A DNA stretch of 64,000 nt from Eledone cirrhosa (Eukaryota): positions 1,054,001-1,118,000 of the forward strand of contig OZ024753.1 of assembly GCA_964016885.1 (NCBI GenBank). Reading direction: 5' to 3'. The notes beneath the pieces are model-generated. The model saw only the letters and a list, made by a program, of their open reading frames with translations. It was not told the origin of the DNA and ran no database searches. This document shows, in pieces, positions 1-13,985 of this stretch; the stretch's first letter is position 1; each line of letters begins with the position of its first letter. The position numbers and the translations under genes are program-made.

Positions 1-133
1 GCAATAAAGTATATTATAGAAAATAACTGTCTATTGAGCTTTAGCTTTTCCACTGAGAAGCACAAATATCATACTTAATATATATGTTATACCTTAAATT
101 TGTATATACATACATACATATATATATACATAC

Positions 134-168
<35 letters not shown>

Positions 169-169
169 G

Positions 170-866
170 ATAGATAATTTAATATATCTACTAACATAAG
201 CGCACAGATGTACGCTAATGCCAGCAAATACACAGGTTATGTCATAGTACCTAGGTGGTTCAATGCAGGAGGATGCAGAACAATAATATAAGAGACGTAA
301 AATAAGAAAATTAAAAAAAAAAAATTTTTTTTAAAAATTAACTTACTTACTTAAATTTTCACTCCAACTAATTAGTTTCTGCAATGGGATAAAGACAGTT
401 ACGTAATGAACTGTTGAGAATTTCATTGCGTCATCAGGGAGGTCATTCTCAGCCAAGTCTCCAGGCAATGCGCGGACACTGGGGACTCATATAAAAATAA
501 TAATAATTCGGTAAATGGAACAGCTATCGAGGACTGGATTCCAGGTACTGAAAATTCTCACTTCCACTGGTCATATGGCCGATTCTAAAGAATCAATCAC
601 GTGACACAGAGGCTAGTCAGTAGGAATGGGATGGTAAGATGACAGACGCCTACTAACACCCCAAAAAAATTTAGAAGTGGTTTTGGCAGGTTTGCTCGAC
701 AAATCAGTGATTTGGAGATAAATATAGATAATTTAATATATCTACTAACATAAGCGCACAGATGTACGCTAATGCCAGCAAATACACAGGTTATGTCATA
801 GTACCTAGGTGGTTCAATGCAGGAGGATGCAGAACAATAATATAAGAGACGTAAAATAAGAAAATT
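170..866 (-). mobile_element. Non-autonomous Penelope-like/retrozyme-like element with 143-bp direct terminal repeats
   Basis: 170-312 and 724-866 appear identical, (TA)n on both sides, hammerhead at 362-441 (-). Confidence 0.7.
362..441 (-). ncRNA. Type I hammerhead ribozyme motif
   Basis: Minus strand: ctcc CTGATGA c gcaatg...cattgc a GAAAC taatta GTT ggag. Stems I (ctcc/ggag), II (gcaatg/cattgc) and palindromic III all pair. Confidence 0.75.
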
Positions 867-884
867 TTTATATATATATATATA

Positions 885-1610
885 ATGTGGAAAGTGATAT
901 AAGGCTAAACAATGCAAAATGAACGGTAAGATGAAGGTAACAAAAAAGTAAGTTACCTGGTAATCTTTGTTTTTTTTTTTTTTTTGTTGCTGTTGTTTCT
1001 TTCATTCTAATATTTTGGGACTTAAAATTCCCTTCTTCAGAGTATAAGGTACTTTCAGAGAATAATGATCTGGTTTCTTATCTTTGGATTTAAATTTTAT
1101 AAACTGCTTTCAATCGTTTTTCGATGGTTGTTTCATTATTCACAAGAACCTGGAGGACGACATCAATTGCTGATGTAATATTTCATGGAATCAATTTTCT
1201 TGTATCAGATGTTGTTTAGGTTGCGTATGTGTATGCATGTTTGTCAGTGTGTACTGAGTTCTAGTCTGTTATTTATTTCTATGTATGAACAAGGCTGCCT
1301 TAATTCTTAAATTGCCCACATTCCTCTCTCTGGCTTCAATATTGACCGTTATATTTTTGTTGATGTTTCTGCATTTGTCAATGGTGTTTTTTGAATGAGG
1401 ATGCGTGTGTTGAGGTGTTCTGGAGTGCCGAGTCATGCTACCAATGTAGAACTCCTTACATTTACTGCATTCAATCCAGTATACCATATGTGTCTGCTGG
1501 CACCTACCTGTGTCGCGGATAAGGCAGTTAGTCAGTGATCATTGGTTGTTGTTGTCTCTGGATTGCTTTTTAGATAGGTATCCATGCAAGCAGATGTAAA
1601 AACAATGATG

Positions 1611-1612
<2 letters not shown>
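885..1612 (-). mobile_element. 5'-truncated Penelope-like element: GIY-YIG endonuclease relic plus decayed hammerhead
   Basis: ORF 1269-1487 VYWIECSKCKEFYIGSMTR (VY...C..C...YIG), preceded by NCLIRDTGRC. Downstream CTGAAGA-aggga...tccc-aAAA at ~1005-1044 (-). (TA)n at both ends. Confidence 0.75.
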
Positions 1613-1692
<80 letters not shown>

Positions 1693-1974
1693 ATTGAATG
1701 TTAACTAGAAAATAATAGCAGATAGTATAAATACAATAATTGTTTTGTGACATGAATATTAATTGTTTCTACTTTTGGCACAAGGCCAGCAACTACCCAG
1801 TGCATTACTGGTACTTTATTTTATCGACCCCGTAAGGAAGAAAGGCAAAGTTAACCTCGGCGGGATTTGAACTCAGAATGGCAAGGGCCGTAACTCTATG
1901 CGTCAAAGCATGGCGTCCGACTCCCTACCGACACTGCCAAATATTAATGGTTGCTAATGTTCTCTGTATTTCAG

Positions 1975-2076
1975 GTGATTGACCATTTGTGTATGGTTGA
2001 CAAGCTGGGAGAGGGAGGTTATGACCCACACTTGGTTGAAGATGCATTACATTTATTTGAGAATGATATCCAGAAG
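1975..2076 (+). CDS. UBAP1: UBAP1-like (ESCRT-I subunit), penultimate coding exon, SOUBA/UBA region
   Basis: tttcag|GTG...AAG|gtaag, 102 nt, phase 0/0. Translates [34 protein letters not shown], resembling from memory the vertebrate UBAP1 C-terminal LDYL...L.EKGFDPLLVEEAL segment. Not in the ORF track. Confidence 0.8.
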
Positions 2077-2149
2077 GTAAGACATCAGATCAATTCCATT
2101 GATAGATGCTTCTATTAATTTCTCTGTTTTACCAAATGCACATTTGTTA

Positions 2150-2263
<114 letters not shown>

Positions 2264-2752
2264 TGCAAATTATGTAAATAAATAGGTGTTTGTGTGTGTA
2301 TATGAAATGATTTATATATATAACAAAGAGGGTGTGGTAAGATACCAGGGGTCCAAAACGCACCAGAGTACTCGATACTTGGAGTAGAAATGTGGGTAAT
2401 ATGAAAAGATTCAGGAGCTCAGCCGTCGGGGTCCTGACTCTTTTCCTATTACACACTCTACTACCCTAAGTATTGAGTACTCTGGTGGGTTATGGTCCAC
2501 CTGGTATCTTACTACACTCTCTTTGTTATATATAAATATATATAGAGATTACAGTAATCAAAGTTCAGTTTAAGTCATTTATTTGCTTACAATTGTTTCC
2601 TCCAAAACGTATATATATACATACATACATACATACATACATACATACATACATACATACATACGTACGTACGTACGTACGTACGTACGTACGTATGTAT
2701 GTATATATATATGTATTTATATTTATATTCATATGTTTTTCTCTTCTTTCAG

Positions 2753-2878
2753 GCTGAATGCTATCTGCACCTTCATCAACAATTTGTGGAACTTGGATTT
2801 CAGAAACCTAAGATTCAGCATGCTTTAGTTACTTCTAAGCTTGACAGTGACAAAGCTTTGGACCTGTTAACCACTTAA
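2753..2878 (+). CDS. UBAP1: UBAP1-like last coding exon (terminal UBA repeat)
   Basis: tctttcag|GCT...TAA, 126 nt, in frame with 1975-2076. AECYLHLHQQFVELGFQKPKIQHALVTSKLDSDKALDLLTT* has the UBA signature (M/L)GF...AL..L. Confidence 0.8.
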   Translation, partial: AECYLHLHQQFVELGFQKPKIQHALVTSKLDSDKALDLLTT

Positions 2879-3178
2879 CCACAAAAAAAAAACAACAGAC
2901 TATTTGTAGCAGAAAAGGGAAGGGGATGGGTGGGGGGTGGGTAGGGGAACAAAACAAAGAGAAAGTAAAAAAAGGAAAAGAAAAGAAAAAAAAGGACGCA
3001 TAATAAAATTCCATTGTGTAACTTGGTAAAATATAAACAAAGGTTCCTGTATCAGCCTATTCCCCTTTTTGTTCTTTTTTTTCTGTTGGACATTAAATTT
3101 AACACCTGAAAGTATTTTAACAAACTCAACCAGAATGTTGAGTTGGTCTGATTTGAATGTATTTTTCACTTCAGCTAT

Positions 3179-3209
<31 letters not shown>

Positions 3210-3906
3210 ATATGTATGTGTGTGTGTATATATATATATATATTTACACACACACACATATATATGTGTGTGTATGTTTATATATGTATATGTGTGTGTG
3301 TATCTTTATATATGTATATATATGTGTGTATGTTTATGTATATATGTGTGTGTATGTATATATATTTGCGTGTGTGTCTATATGTTTATATATATATAGG
3401 TGTGTGTATGTATGTATATATATTTGTGTGCGTGTGTATGTATGTATATATATTTGTGTGCGTGTGTATGCATGTATATACATCTGTGTGTGTATATATA
3501 TGTATGTATATATATTTGCGTGTTTGTATGTGTATATGTGTGTGTTTATATGTCTGTAAATATATGTGTGTATGTGTATGTATGTGTATTTATGTATGTG
3601 AGTATATATATATATATATATTCATGCACACACATTTTTACATGTATGTATATATACACACATATACATACATAAATATATGTTTACATATAACACATAC
3701 AGCCACATGTACATACATAAATATAGAAATATGTATGTGAGTGTGTGTATACATATATTTATATAATATATATATGTATATCATATATATTTAAAATATA
3801 TCATATATCTATTATATAAATAAACTATACAAAGTTGTTTCTAACCTTGAGTTCTTCCTCTTTTGTAGGGTATTACAATCAATAGATCAGAACCCAACAC
3901 ATAAAT

Positions 3907-3945
<39 letters not shown>

Positions 3946-4008
3946 ATGTATATACAATAGATGTATATAACCTGCATATATTCATGCATATTATAATATT
4001 CATATATG

Positions 4009-4061
<53 letters not shown>

Positions 4062-4251
4062 TATGTATTTATATATATATATATGTATTTATATATATAT
4101 ATATGTATTTATATATGTATTTATATATATATTTATATATATGTATTTATATATATGTATTTATATATGTGTGTATTTATATATATATTTATATATATGT
4201 ATTTGTATTTATATATATGTGTATTTATATATATATTTATATATATGTATT

Positions 4252-4285
<34 letters not shown>

Positions 4286-6629
4286 TCATATATGTGTATT
4301 TCATATATGTGTGAGTGAGTGTGTGTTTGTATGTGTGTGAGTGAGTGAGTGAGTGTGTGTTTGTATGTGTGTGAGTGTGTGTGTGTGTGTGTGTTTGTAT
4401 GTGTGTGAAAATAATGGAGAGCTTTCCTTTTAAACATGTTATATTAAAGACAACTGTGTTGAAGTTAAATATATATTTTTTTTTATTAAGGATTTTTCAG
4501 ATTTCCTTATTTTTGTCCTTTACATGTATGTGTGTACAGTAGCATTCCCAATTGTATTAGTCTCTTAATGTTTTATGTCTCTTAGTATTTCACAAAGGTT
4601 CATCAGAATATTGATACAATCAACAATGCCAGATTTTTTTTATTATTTACCAGTAAATTTCTCTTGGATTTTCTAGGTAATTTCTTTTTGTTTATATTAT
4701 TGCATTTATTTGTGGACCAATTACTCCTGATATGGAGGCATGTCTTGGGCACTGAAACCTGGCAGAGCCCATCCTCTCTCCAGGACTGTACACAGCAGAT
4801 TTCTTCCAGAGCAGGAAAGAGAGGGGTAGGGAGAAAGAGATAAATTGAAAGAATCAATCCTAGTCCTGGACTAGTATTTTTATTGTTGATCTTGAAAGGA
4901 TGAGTGACAAAGTTGACTTTGGCAGAATTTGTACTCAAAAAGCAGAGAATGCTGAAATGAATATTGCAAAGCATTCTCTCTGACATTCTAGCAACTCTGC
5001 CAACATTTTCTAATCAACATGAAGCCATCAATAAGTATATCAAAGAGCATGCTTCAGGCAACCAATATATAAGTTTCCATGTAAGCATGTAAACATCATA
5101 GGACAAACAGTTATCTTGGACACACATCTACAACATTTTGTCATTGGTTGACCATGCATTTACGAGAAGATGACCTTGCAGCACATTACAGTATATCAAA
5201 TAAAATTAGAAAAACATCAGTTGAAAAGGCTACAGGTCTTCCTTGGGTTTTCGCTATTGTGGCTTCCTTGTCCAGACCAATGCAGTCTTCTCTATTGCAC
5301 ACTACTTCTGATTCCTCTTATACTTAGTTTTTCACTCAGTTCATCCAAGCTCTGTCATTAACATTGCATATCTATCAAAGAATGCTTGCTTCGTTTTCCT
5401 CCAGTCTGTGCATATTCTCAGCAGTCATTGGCCATGTTTTAGAACCTTGCAGCATAGCACTTCACACACAGACAACATGCAACCAACCTTTCCTGTTAGA
5501 CTACCTGTTTTGTCATCAGCTTATGGTTTTTTTCAGCTTCCATGTCTTCCTTTCCAGATTGGTTTTTGTCACTGAGTTCATATAGCCCTTTCTCTAAAGT
5601 TGCTGTGTTGGGAGGTGTATTCTTCACCTGGGCAAGGTTTGGCATTTATGATCATTCATCTATTTTATTTCCTGTCGAGAATGTAGTTTATTTGGTTTGT
5701 GTATTCACCTGATTGCTAGGGGTTTCCTGATTAGTGGCTGGTTTCCTGAAGTACTTGTTGCAGAAGTTCAGAAGCCTTGACCCCCTCTTTCTTTCTTGTA
5801 CCATACCCATAGCCTCCATATACTCTGGGAAAGCCATCTTTGTGTTTCTCAACATGTCTATTGAAGGCTCCAGCCATGATAATTAGGTCACCGTTATTGT
5901 AATATTAATAGCCTAAAGAGTACATCTTAAAGACAACAGTAAAGCAACAATAATAACAGAACTCTATGTTTATATAAATACAAGTTTATTACATATTCAT
6001 CTATCAAGTAAAGATATACATTTTTATATATACATATACACAAGTTCATTTTGTTGTAGATTCGTAAGTCAATCACATTATATATAAACAATTTTTTTCA
6101 ATTGCTGAAACATTCTTTAATGATATATATATATGCTATGTATATATACATATATTTATATATATATATATATATACACACATACATGCACCCAGTGCCC
6201 TCACATGCACAGACACACACATATATATAATTATATATATACATATACACACACAGACACGTATATATAATTATATATATACATATACACACACAGACAC
6301 ACGTATATATAATTATATATATACATACACCCACACAGACACACATATATATGATTATATACATACACCCACACAGACACACACATATATATGATGATAT
6401 ATACACACACACACACATATATATAATTATAGATACATACACACACATATATATATTACAATGTATGAATAGGTGCTGAAAAGTTCTTGACTTAATCCAT
6501 TTCACAATTTCACTTTCAGCACCCTTTCATATTAACTGGAAATATTTGATATTATTATTTAAATATTTCAAAAAAATATTTGTTTTATTGTTAGTAATTG
6601 CAGTTCACTCATGTTTTTTAATCCTAGGT

Positions 6630-6905
6630 CAGCATGGAGGCATGTGGCCTTGTGGTAAGGGTGTTGGACTTAGAATCATAATGGCATGGGTTCGATTCCT
6701 GGACTGGGTTATGTGTTGCATTCTTGAGCTTCATTTCATGTTGCTCCAGTATACACAGCTGAAAATGAGTACCAGCAATAACTGGGGGTTTAACCCTGTG
6801 ATGGACTGGCGTCCTGTCCAGCAGGGAGTCGTGTACACTTAATGCCATGAAACCGAGATAAACACCGGCCTAATGAACCTTAAATGGCTTAAGATAGACT
6901 TAGAC
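6630..6905 (+). mobile_element. Second tRNA-derived SINE family (related copies ~28290-28575, ~38870-39130)
   Basis: A box tggccttgtggt, B box ggttcgattcc, shared ttgag...tttcacgttgctccagt...cagctg.aaatgagt core. Confidence 0.6.
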
Positions 6906-6922
6906 TTTTAGGCTTAGCGTTT

Positions 6923-7040
6923 ATCAAGTAGATCTGTTTAACCCTAGGTCAGGTTTCATCAAGTAGATCTGTTTAACCCTAGGTCAGGTTTCATCAAGTA
7001 GATCTGTTTAACCCTAGGTCAGGTTTCATCAAGTAGATCT
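6923..7040. repeat. 35-bp tandem repeat x3 (similar 38-bp x3 array at 38742-38870)
   Basis: atcaagtagatctgtttaaccctaggtcaggtttc repeated. Confidence 0.85.
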
Positions 7041-8375
7041 ATTTTTGCTTTTTGGAATTCGTATTGTGAACTATCACATTTGAATGTTCTTTATAAATAA
7101 TATTTTGGATTTGTATCAAAATATCACGTTTAAGGGTTATTTCTATGTCTCTCAGTAATATTTGAGATTTGTATCATGAAATACCAAACTTAAGGGTTCT
7201 TTATAATCCTCAGTAAGTCCTCTTGTTTTATATACATTAGTGTTCAGTATGTAATATATCCTTTGTTTTTGTGGTTTGAGAGAGATGTGACTACTATTTC
7301 TCTCAAGTTGAGCAACTACATGGATTCTCCCTTGTTGATTCAATATAAAACCTGTGGTTAACTTCAAATTTTGGAGTAAGGGCAAAGTTGATTGAATCAA
7401 CACTGGTACATAAGTGGTACTTTATGTTATCAACTCTGAAAGGATGAAAGGCAAAGTTGACCATGGCAGGATTTGAACTCAGAATGTAAAGGGTCATTAC
7501 GAAATGTTGCAAAGCATTTTTTCCAATACTCTAATGATTTTGGCACTAAATATGAAATACTGCAATATACCACTACTGACAGCAATGAACCAAACCACTT
7601 GTGGTATCTGTATGTCCAGGTAGATATATTGTAATACATTTAACAAGAATTGCTAGCCATCTGGCTGGATGTCCAGTTCATAGTCAGCTTAATGATCTAC
7701 ATACCACAATGATGGACATTATCTCTGGTCTTTAAACCTAACATACTACAATCTACTGGACATTAGTTATCTTTAGCAGACTTCAGAAATGATTGGCAGC
7801 TTTGACCAGTCATGGCCAGCCCATAGCTTTTGTAAATTTAGGATGACAATAACCAATGTATCCTTTTCTTATTTAAGGCAGTAATGTGTGATTCAAGGAA
7901 TTTAGCTGTTATTCCTAGCATGTTGAAAGACTATAGTGGGACCCTCTTATTAACCCTTTTGATACCAAACTGCTTGAAACTACCTCTGATTCTATGATAC
8001 AAACCTGTTTGTATAAAATTTATCGAAAATTTCTTATCATAATTTTATGTAAGACATTTGTAACATGTAAGAACATCAGCTTAACAATGAGTTACGTATC
8101 TTAGTAAACCTCTCCAAATTCTCAATTATTTGAAAATATGGTAAGGAAAGGGTTATAGTATATGTTGGTTGTAGGATTAAATTCAGAAAGGACATTGAAA
8201 GAAATAAGCATATTGTCTGACATCAAATTCATGTGATTCACAGACCATTAATATGGCACCTCTTTATTGATGTGAGATGAAGTCCTTCATCTCTTGAAAG
8301 GTCATTAGCTTCACTTGGTCTGTGATGACCTCTCCAATCCTTATTAGCAGGGAAGATGGAGGTGGGTGAAATGAT

Positions 8376-8407
<32 letters not shown>

Positions 8408-10387
8408 CTCCCAAATCACAATGTAAAGTGGTTGGCATTAAGGACGGCATCTAGCCATAGAAACCAAACAAAAACAGAACATATGGGGCAAACGTGGTCC
8501 CCTGATTGGTCAAGCCTCTGAATGTGACAATTCGTCTAAGATGATGGTAATGATATTTGTATATACGGGGGATATCTCTTCTTTTATACAAATGTTAATG
8601 AAAATCATATCAAAGTGGTGAATCAATAACTGCATATCCCTACATAAAATACATATGCTTATAATAAAAGAGGTAGTAAAAGAAACCAACAATTCTTCTG
8701 ATGATGAGACTGTGGGGGTCTGGAAAGGATAAATGTATGGGTCTAGGAACTTTGTTGTTCCAAAGAAACTGTAGAGGCCTTATTAGAAAACATGAGAAAA
8801 TTCTAATAAAGAAATTGTAACTGAAACACACACATGCATATGTACATACAATTACAACTACACACCTACACTCATATGCACACATATCTCCCAGCTTACA
8901 TCAAGAGAAAAATCACTTAACAGATTGGTATAAATTCCTTTGCCAACAAATTTTAACCTCTGGCCAACAGATGTAGTATCAATTCTTTTTACTGCTACTA
9001 CAATGATCTGTGTTCAAGCTGGCTGATCTCGTGTCACATAAAAGCACTTCCATCTCCCAAGTCTCCTTTACTCAATTATTTAGTGTCCCTATCCCACAGG
9101 CACTTTAATAACCTCTACGCCTTGTCATTCCTCATCAGAATCTCAGCCTTCCAGAATCCCCTCTTTGCTCATGTCTTTACCTACTGATATAGGGAAATAT
9201 TGAGATTAGTTTAGGAGGGACTCCTTGGACACTGCTCTTCTTCCAAACCTCCTATGTAGAATTTATATATATTTAGGGAAGAAGAAAAAGATAGCAGAAA
9301 TGATTTCTAATTTTTGCACAAAATCAACAATTTTTAGGGAAAGAGGGTCGATTATATCGTCCCAGTACTTCACTGGTACTTTATTTGTTTGGCCTCGGAT
9401 GGATGAAAGGTAAAATTGATCTTGGCAGGATTTGAACTCAGAACGTAAAGAGCTGTAACAAATTACTGCTAAGCACGTGTTTCACTCTCTAACGACTCTG
9501 CTAATTAACCAGCCTCATAATAGCTGTCATATTAATAATTGTTTCTACTTTTGGCACAAGGCCAGCAATTATCCCAGTGCATTACTGGTACTTTATTTTA
9601 TCGACCCCGTAAGGATGAAAGGCAAAGTTAACCTCGACGGGATTTGAACTCAGAATGGCAAGGGCCGTAACTATGCGTCAAAGCATGGCGTCCGACCCTC
9701 TACCAATACTGCTAAATGAAAGCAGAACATAGATACATATATACAGACCCTCTACCAATACTGCCAATAATAATAATACTCATATTGATATGCAATCATT
9801 CAAACACCGGGCTGAAAGACATATATTAATACTCTTCTGATAAACATCAGCACTTCACCCAATCTCTTACAAATACACGGACTCTCTTACTCACACATTC
9901 TCTCTCTCTCTCTCTTTCAATATATACATATGAATACATATATATATATGTATGTGTGTGTGATGTTATGGTGGGCTATGTACAGGTTTGCAATGTTAGC
10001 ATAAAATACACAATACATAAAAGGAGAAAAACATCACTAATTGGAAAGTGTGTATGTATGTGTGTGTGTGTGTGTATGTGTGTGTGCTTGTGTACTGTTC
10101 TTTTCCAGCTAGGTTCAAACTCTACTGGTTCCAAGTAACATATACCACTATCACATATAATTATAGACTTTTGCTGCTTCTAGTCTAGCTCAGGTTTGCA
10201 AAAGTAAATAATTATATAACTAAATAATTAATTAAACAATTTCTAGATAAAAAAAACACATCAAAAATAATATTTAAAAAAACCTGGAAAACTAAAAAAG
10301 ATAAAGCTCTGGTCCAATGATTGATTGTTTTCGATGTGGCCGCAGCAGCAGCAGTTTTTGTTCCGATGTATTTTGTATTGATCCACG

Positions 10388-10424
10388 TTATGTAAGTCTG
10401 GTAGTGCTTCCATAGTATGAAGGA
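10388..10424 (-). CDS. Chitin-binding protein terminal coding exon
   Basis: ttttatttcag|T CCT...TAA completes the phase-2 codon (CPSYYGSTTRLT*). The four exons total 502+219+994+37=1752 nt, i.e. 583 aa plus stop. Confidence 0.7.
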
Positions 10425-11242
10425 CTGAAATAAAAGAACAAATAAGTTATTATTAGGACATTACTTCTCTCGTAATCCCACCCAGCATTGAAATAAATGT
10501 AAACAGGAACAAACTAAATGAACCCTGACCAAACACACGAAATACAATAACTTAGTTACAAATAACATCTTTAAACAATTGTTTATTCCTAAGTTAGTCT
10601 GAATTAACCCTTTAGCATTTAAACCGGTTGCATCCTGCCTGAATTCTATCACTCCTTTCTGTTCAAACCGGCTGTAACCAGCTGCTCATCCCAACGTTAA
10701 GGTATTGCTCTTAAAATAGATAATATCAAGATCTCGAAGATTCAATATTATGTGAGCTAATTATGTAAGATAAGGCCTTTACCATAAAAATATAATAGTA
10801 AATATAAAATAATGTAAATATTAAAGGGTTAAGCAAAGTTTATGATCAAAGGCATTCCAGCTATTACTATCCTATCCTTTACATTGCTATTTTTAACACT
10901 TGTTGGTTCAAATAAAAAGGCAAATGTGTTAAAATTCAAGAAGGGGTGGGGGGTTGAAAAGGTGATAAAAAGGTTGTTTAAACAAAGAAAAGAAACGGGT
11001 TCAAAGGGAAGATAATTTGTATGAGAAAAGAAGGTGATTATATCAAAAAGAGAATTGGTTCATATAAGAAGAAAAGATAGATTTTATCAGAGAGGGAAGT
11101 TCTATCTTAAATACCATTGTTCCAAATATTCCTATGAATGAAAAATAAAATTCATGGAAAAACTACAATTCAGTAAAAAGTTTATCAAAACTGAGTAGAA
11201 CCCATGTTAGGCTGCATAAAAATATTATAAGATAATACATAC

Positions 11243-12236
11243 CAGTCAAACCATTTATAGCCACATGGTGGACATATATTTTGTGGGTGGTCACAATTCT
11301 GTGTCATCGAGTTGAAGCGGGTTCCATTCAATCTATCAGTACACCGGACTGACCCCCAGAGGGATATTTGCTGCCTGCATTCATAGAAGCCAAGACATTC
11401 TGCTTGGGGATATTTGTAGCGTCCATCAGCTCTGTTTACACAAAGATCTTGTACTTCTGATGATTCACATCGTCTTGTTGAAATGTTGAAGAACTGACTA
11501 TCTGGACATACTGCATAATGAATTAACAACCCTTGATTACATTCATAGTAATGGGAGTTTGAAGAATTAGCTGCATAACGACCAGACAAATGGTTTACAC
11601 AAGGATTGTCTTGAAGGCCACATGGTTTGATCTGTGATTCAATTCCTTTCACACAGCCTTGCTGATAAGGGTTAAAGGCATAGCCTGAAGGACAACCATG
11701 AAAGGATTTGAAAACAAATTGTTTGCATTCAAAATAATATGTACAGCGCCCAAATAAGTCAGCATAGAAACCATCCTGTCGCCCCACACAGCTCGGATGA
11801 GTACCTATTCCACAAGGATGTGGAACTTTATCTACTGTTTGGCATGTTTTTGAAACTGGATTGAATGTTAAGTCTGATCTACATTTATGGAAACCTTGAA
11901 ATTTAGCATCATTGCATTGGAAGTACTTATTACAGTGACCCAATTCATCAGGGTAATATCCATTAGGCCTGAAACTACAGTCGGGTCTCATTCCTCCCTG
12001 CTCTTTTGGAATCATGTCAAAAGAAACGCAGCTATTTTCGATGGGTGAAAATATTGGTGTTGGTGATTCACATTTATCATGTGCAATGGCTCGCTCATAG
12101 TAACAGGTATAATATGTTGGAGTCCAAACAACTTTTTGAAGTGGGTAAAGTCCATCAGATCGGCCTCTACAGCTTCCAAAGCGATAATGACAAGGGGAAC
12201 AGTGAGAACGAAGACATTGATTCTTCCGGTATTCGC
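11243..12236 (-). CDS. Chitin-binding protein coding exon 3 (about 5 tandem ChtBD2-like domains)
   Basis: cttaag|GC...TG|gtatgt, 994 nt, phase 1/2, open throughout: CEYRKNQC...SCRGRSDGLY... then ORF 11185-12015 with repeated C...(D/N)G.Y....C..(Y/F)(Y/F).C...C...FN....C. Confidence 0.9.
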
Positions 12237-12639
12237 CTTAAGAGTGAAGAAAACAAAAAATGAAATAGCAAAGAATAAATGGGTTGAACCAAATTTTATG
12301 GAAAAATTTGTTAAATTGAAAAGAATAAAATACAAAAGTACATAAGTAAGATGAAGTCAGAAGAGAGAAACAGAGGAAGAGAGAATGATAAGGTGAGAGA
12401 GAGGGAAGGGCAGAGAGAAAGAAATATTTAAGATTATGTATGTCAGGTTGTACACATACACACAAGTACCTCAACTACACACACACACACATACTCCCCC
12501 CCCACACACACACACACACCACACCATATATATTTGCAGAATGCCTGGCATTGCTAAGGTTGAGAAACACTTATAAATAAACCAGAGTACACATATATAG
12601 CATAAATATGAGCTATTTTGGAATAATGTATTTCATAAT

Positions 12640-13400
12640 TTAGCTCTTAACATAAATCTCTTTGATTCTGTGCTGGATGTTTGTGATAAGAAAGAGGCTG
12701 AGCCGTCAACTGGTAACCATCTAATTATCTACAACTTGAGACCACCTAAAGCCAAAGAAGCCCACAACACTGGCATGTCCAAGGCAACCTACAGGATAAA
12801 GTGGGAAGCTTTGATGAATAAGGACGTCAGTACCAGGTACGCAGATACTATTGCATCCAAATTCAGAGAATTCTTTGAGCAAACTGAGGATGTTGAGACA
12901 GAATGGAAATTGTTTACCATAGCAGTTTCTGCTTCAGCTGTTAAATGCTGTGGGCAAAAGAGGCTTGGTGTGGGTGGCAGAATAACCTTTTAGTTCAATC
13001 AAGAGGTCAAGAATGCCATCTGAACAACGAAGGAGACTTACAAAGCTTGGCTCAGAAATAAGTCCCCCTTCTTGCTCGTGCAGTAAAAGCAGGCACAAAG
13101 AATTGCAGTAGAGATAGTAAAGGTGTCAAAAGTTAAGAAATGGGTGGACGTTGGCGTTAAGTTGGAATCCGACTTCAGATCAACAAATAAAGTGTTCTGG
13201 CAGACCATCCAAGCAAGCTGGTTGGATAACATTCATGAGCTCAGTTGGTCTCGCCTGGCGATCCAGCCGGATGAGTTAGAGATAGTTACTTCTGACAGGA
13301 CCCGCTGGAAGGAGTTTTTTCGGACTCTGCCACAATGACCCTCTCAGGAATAAGTGGGTGAAGAAGAAGAAGAAAAAGAAGAAAGAAACAAACAAAGAAG
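12640..13400 (+). mobile_element. Internally deleted RTE-clade (Expander-like) LINE; 3'-end copies at ~35730-35915, ~44570-44710, ~53245-53462
   Basis: Broken frames RIKWEAL...DVETEWKLF, KVFWQTI and WLDNIHELSWSRLAIQPDEL...LP, followed by conserved gaccctctc.ggaataag and a (GAA)n tail. Confidence 0.7.
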
Positions 13401-13985
13401 AAGAAACTCTTAACACCTTGTAATGGTTGAGTAGAAAATATTTAAAAATAAGTTTGTTTACTCAAATGTTTGTGTATCTTCACTGGTGGACAAAACATTG
13501 TGAAAATTTGCTGCAAATCAAAGTAAAGACCTGACCTTAATTTTTAATGTGATAGAGTCAGAGTGCAGTTTTGTACATTCTTTAAAGCATGTTTCACTAG
13601 GATGTCTAGATCACATCTGTATTGTTCAGTACACTGCATGGGTCATCAGGACTGACCTACAGATATACAACAACAACAACAACAACAGCAACAGCAGCAA
13701 CAACAAGCACATTGATAACAATGACAACAATATCAGCAACAGCAGTAACAATAACAACAACGACGACGACGACAACTGCAATAACAACAACAACAGCAAC
13801 AACGACGACGGCATGGACGACAACTGCAATAACAACAGCAACTACAACAACAACAACGACATGGACGACAACTGCAACAACAATAACAACAGTAACAAGA
13901 ACATCAACTATAATTACAACAACAACAACATATACATAAAAATACATCAACTATAAATACAACAACAACAACAACATATACTTAC

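Noticed and set aside
3069-4437. [12 protein letters not shown] ORFs here and throughout the window
   Set aside because: Translations of (TA)n, (TG)n and (CA)n microsatellites.
11185-12335. Apparent frameshift between ORFs 12012-12335 and 11185-12015
   Set aside because: The true exon is one open frame from 12236. The 107-aa ORF is an off-frame overlap.
13530-13960. Extra exon or Thr/Asn-rich ORFs in the chitin-binding gene intron
   Set aside because: (CAA)n-type repeat. The candidate acceptor near 13660 gives an immediate stop in the required phase.
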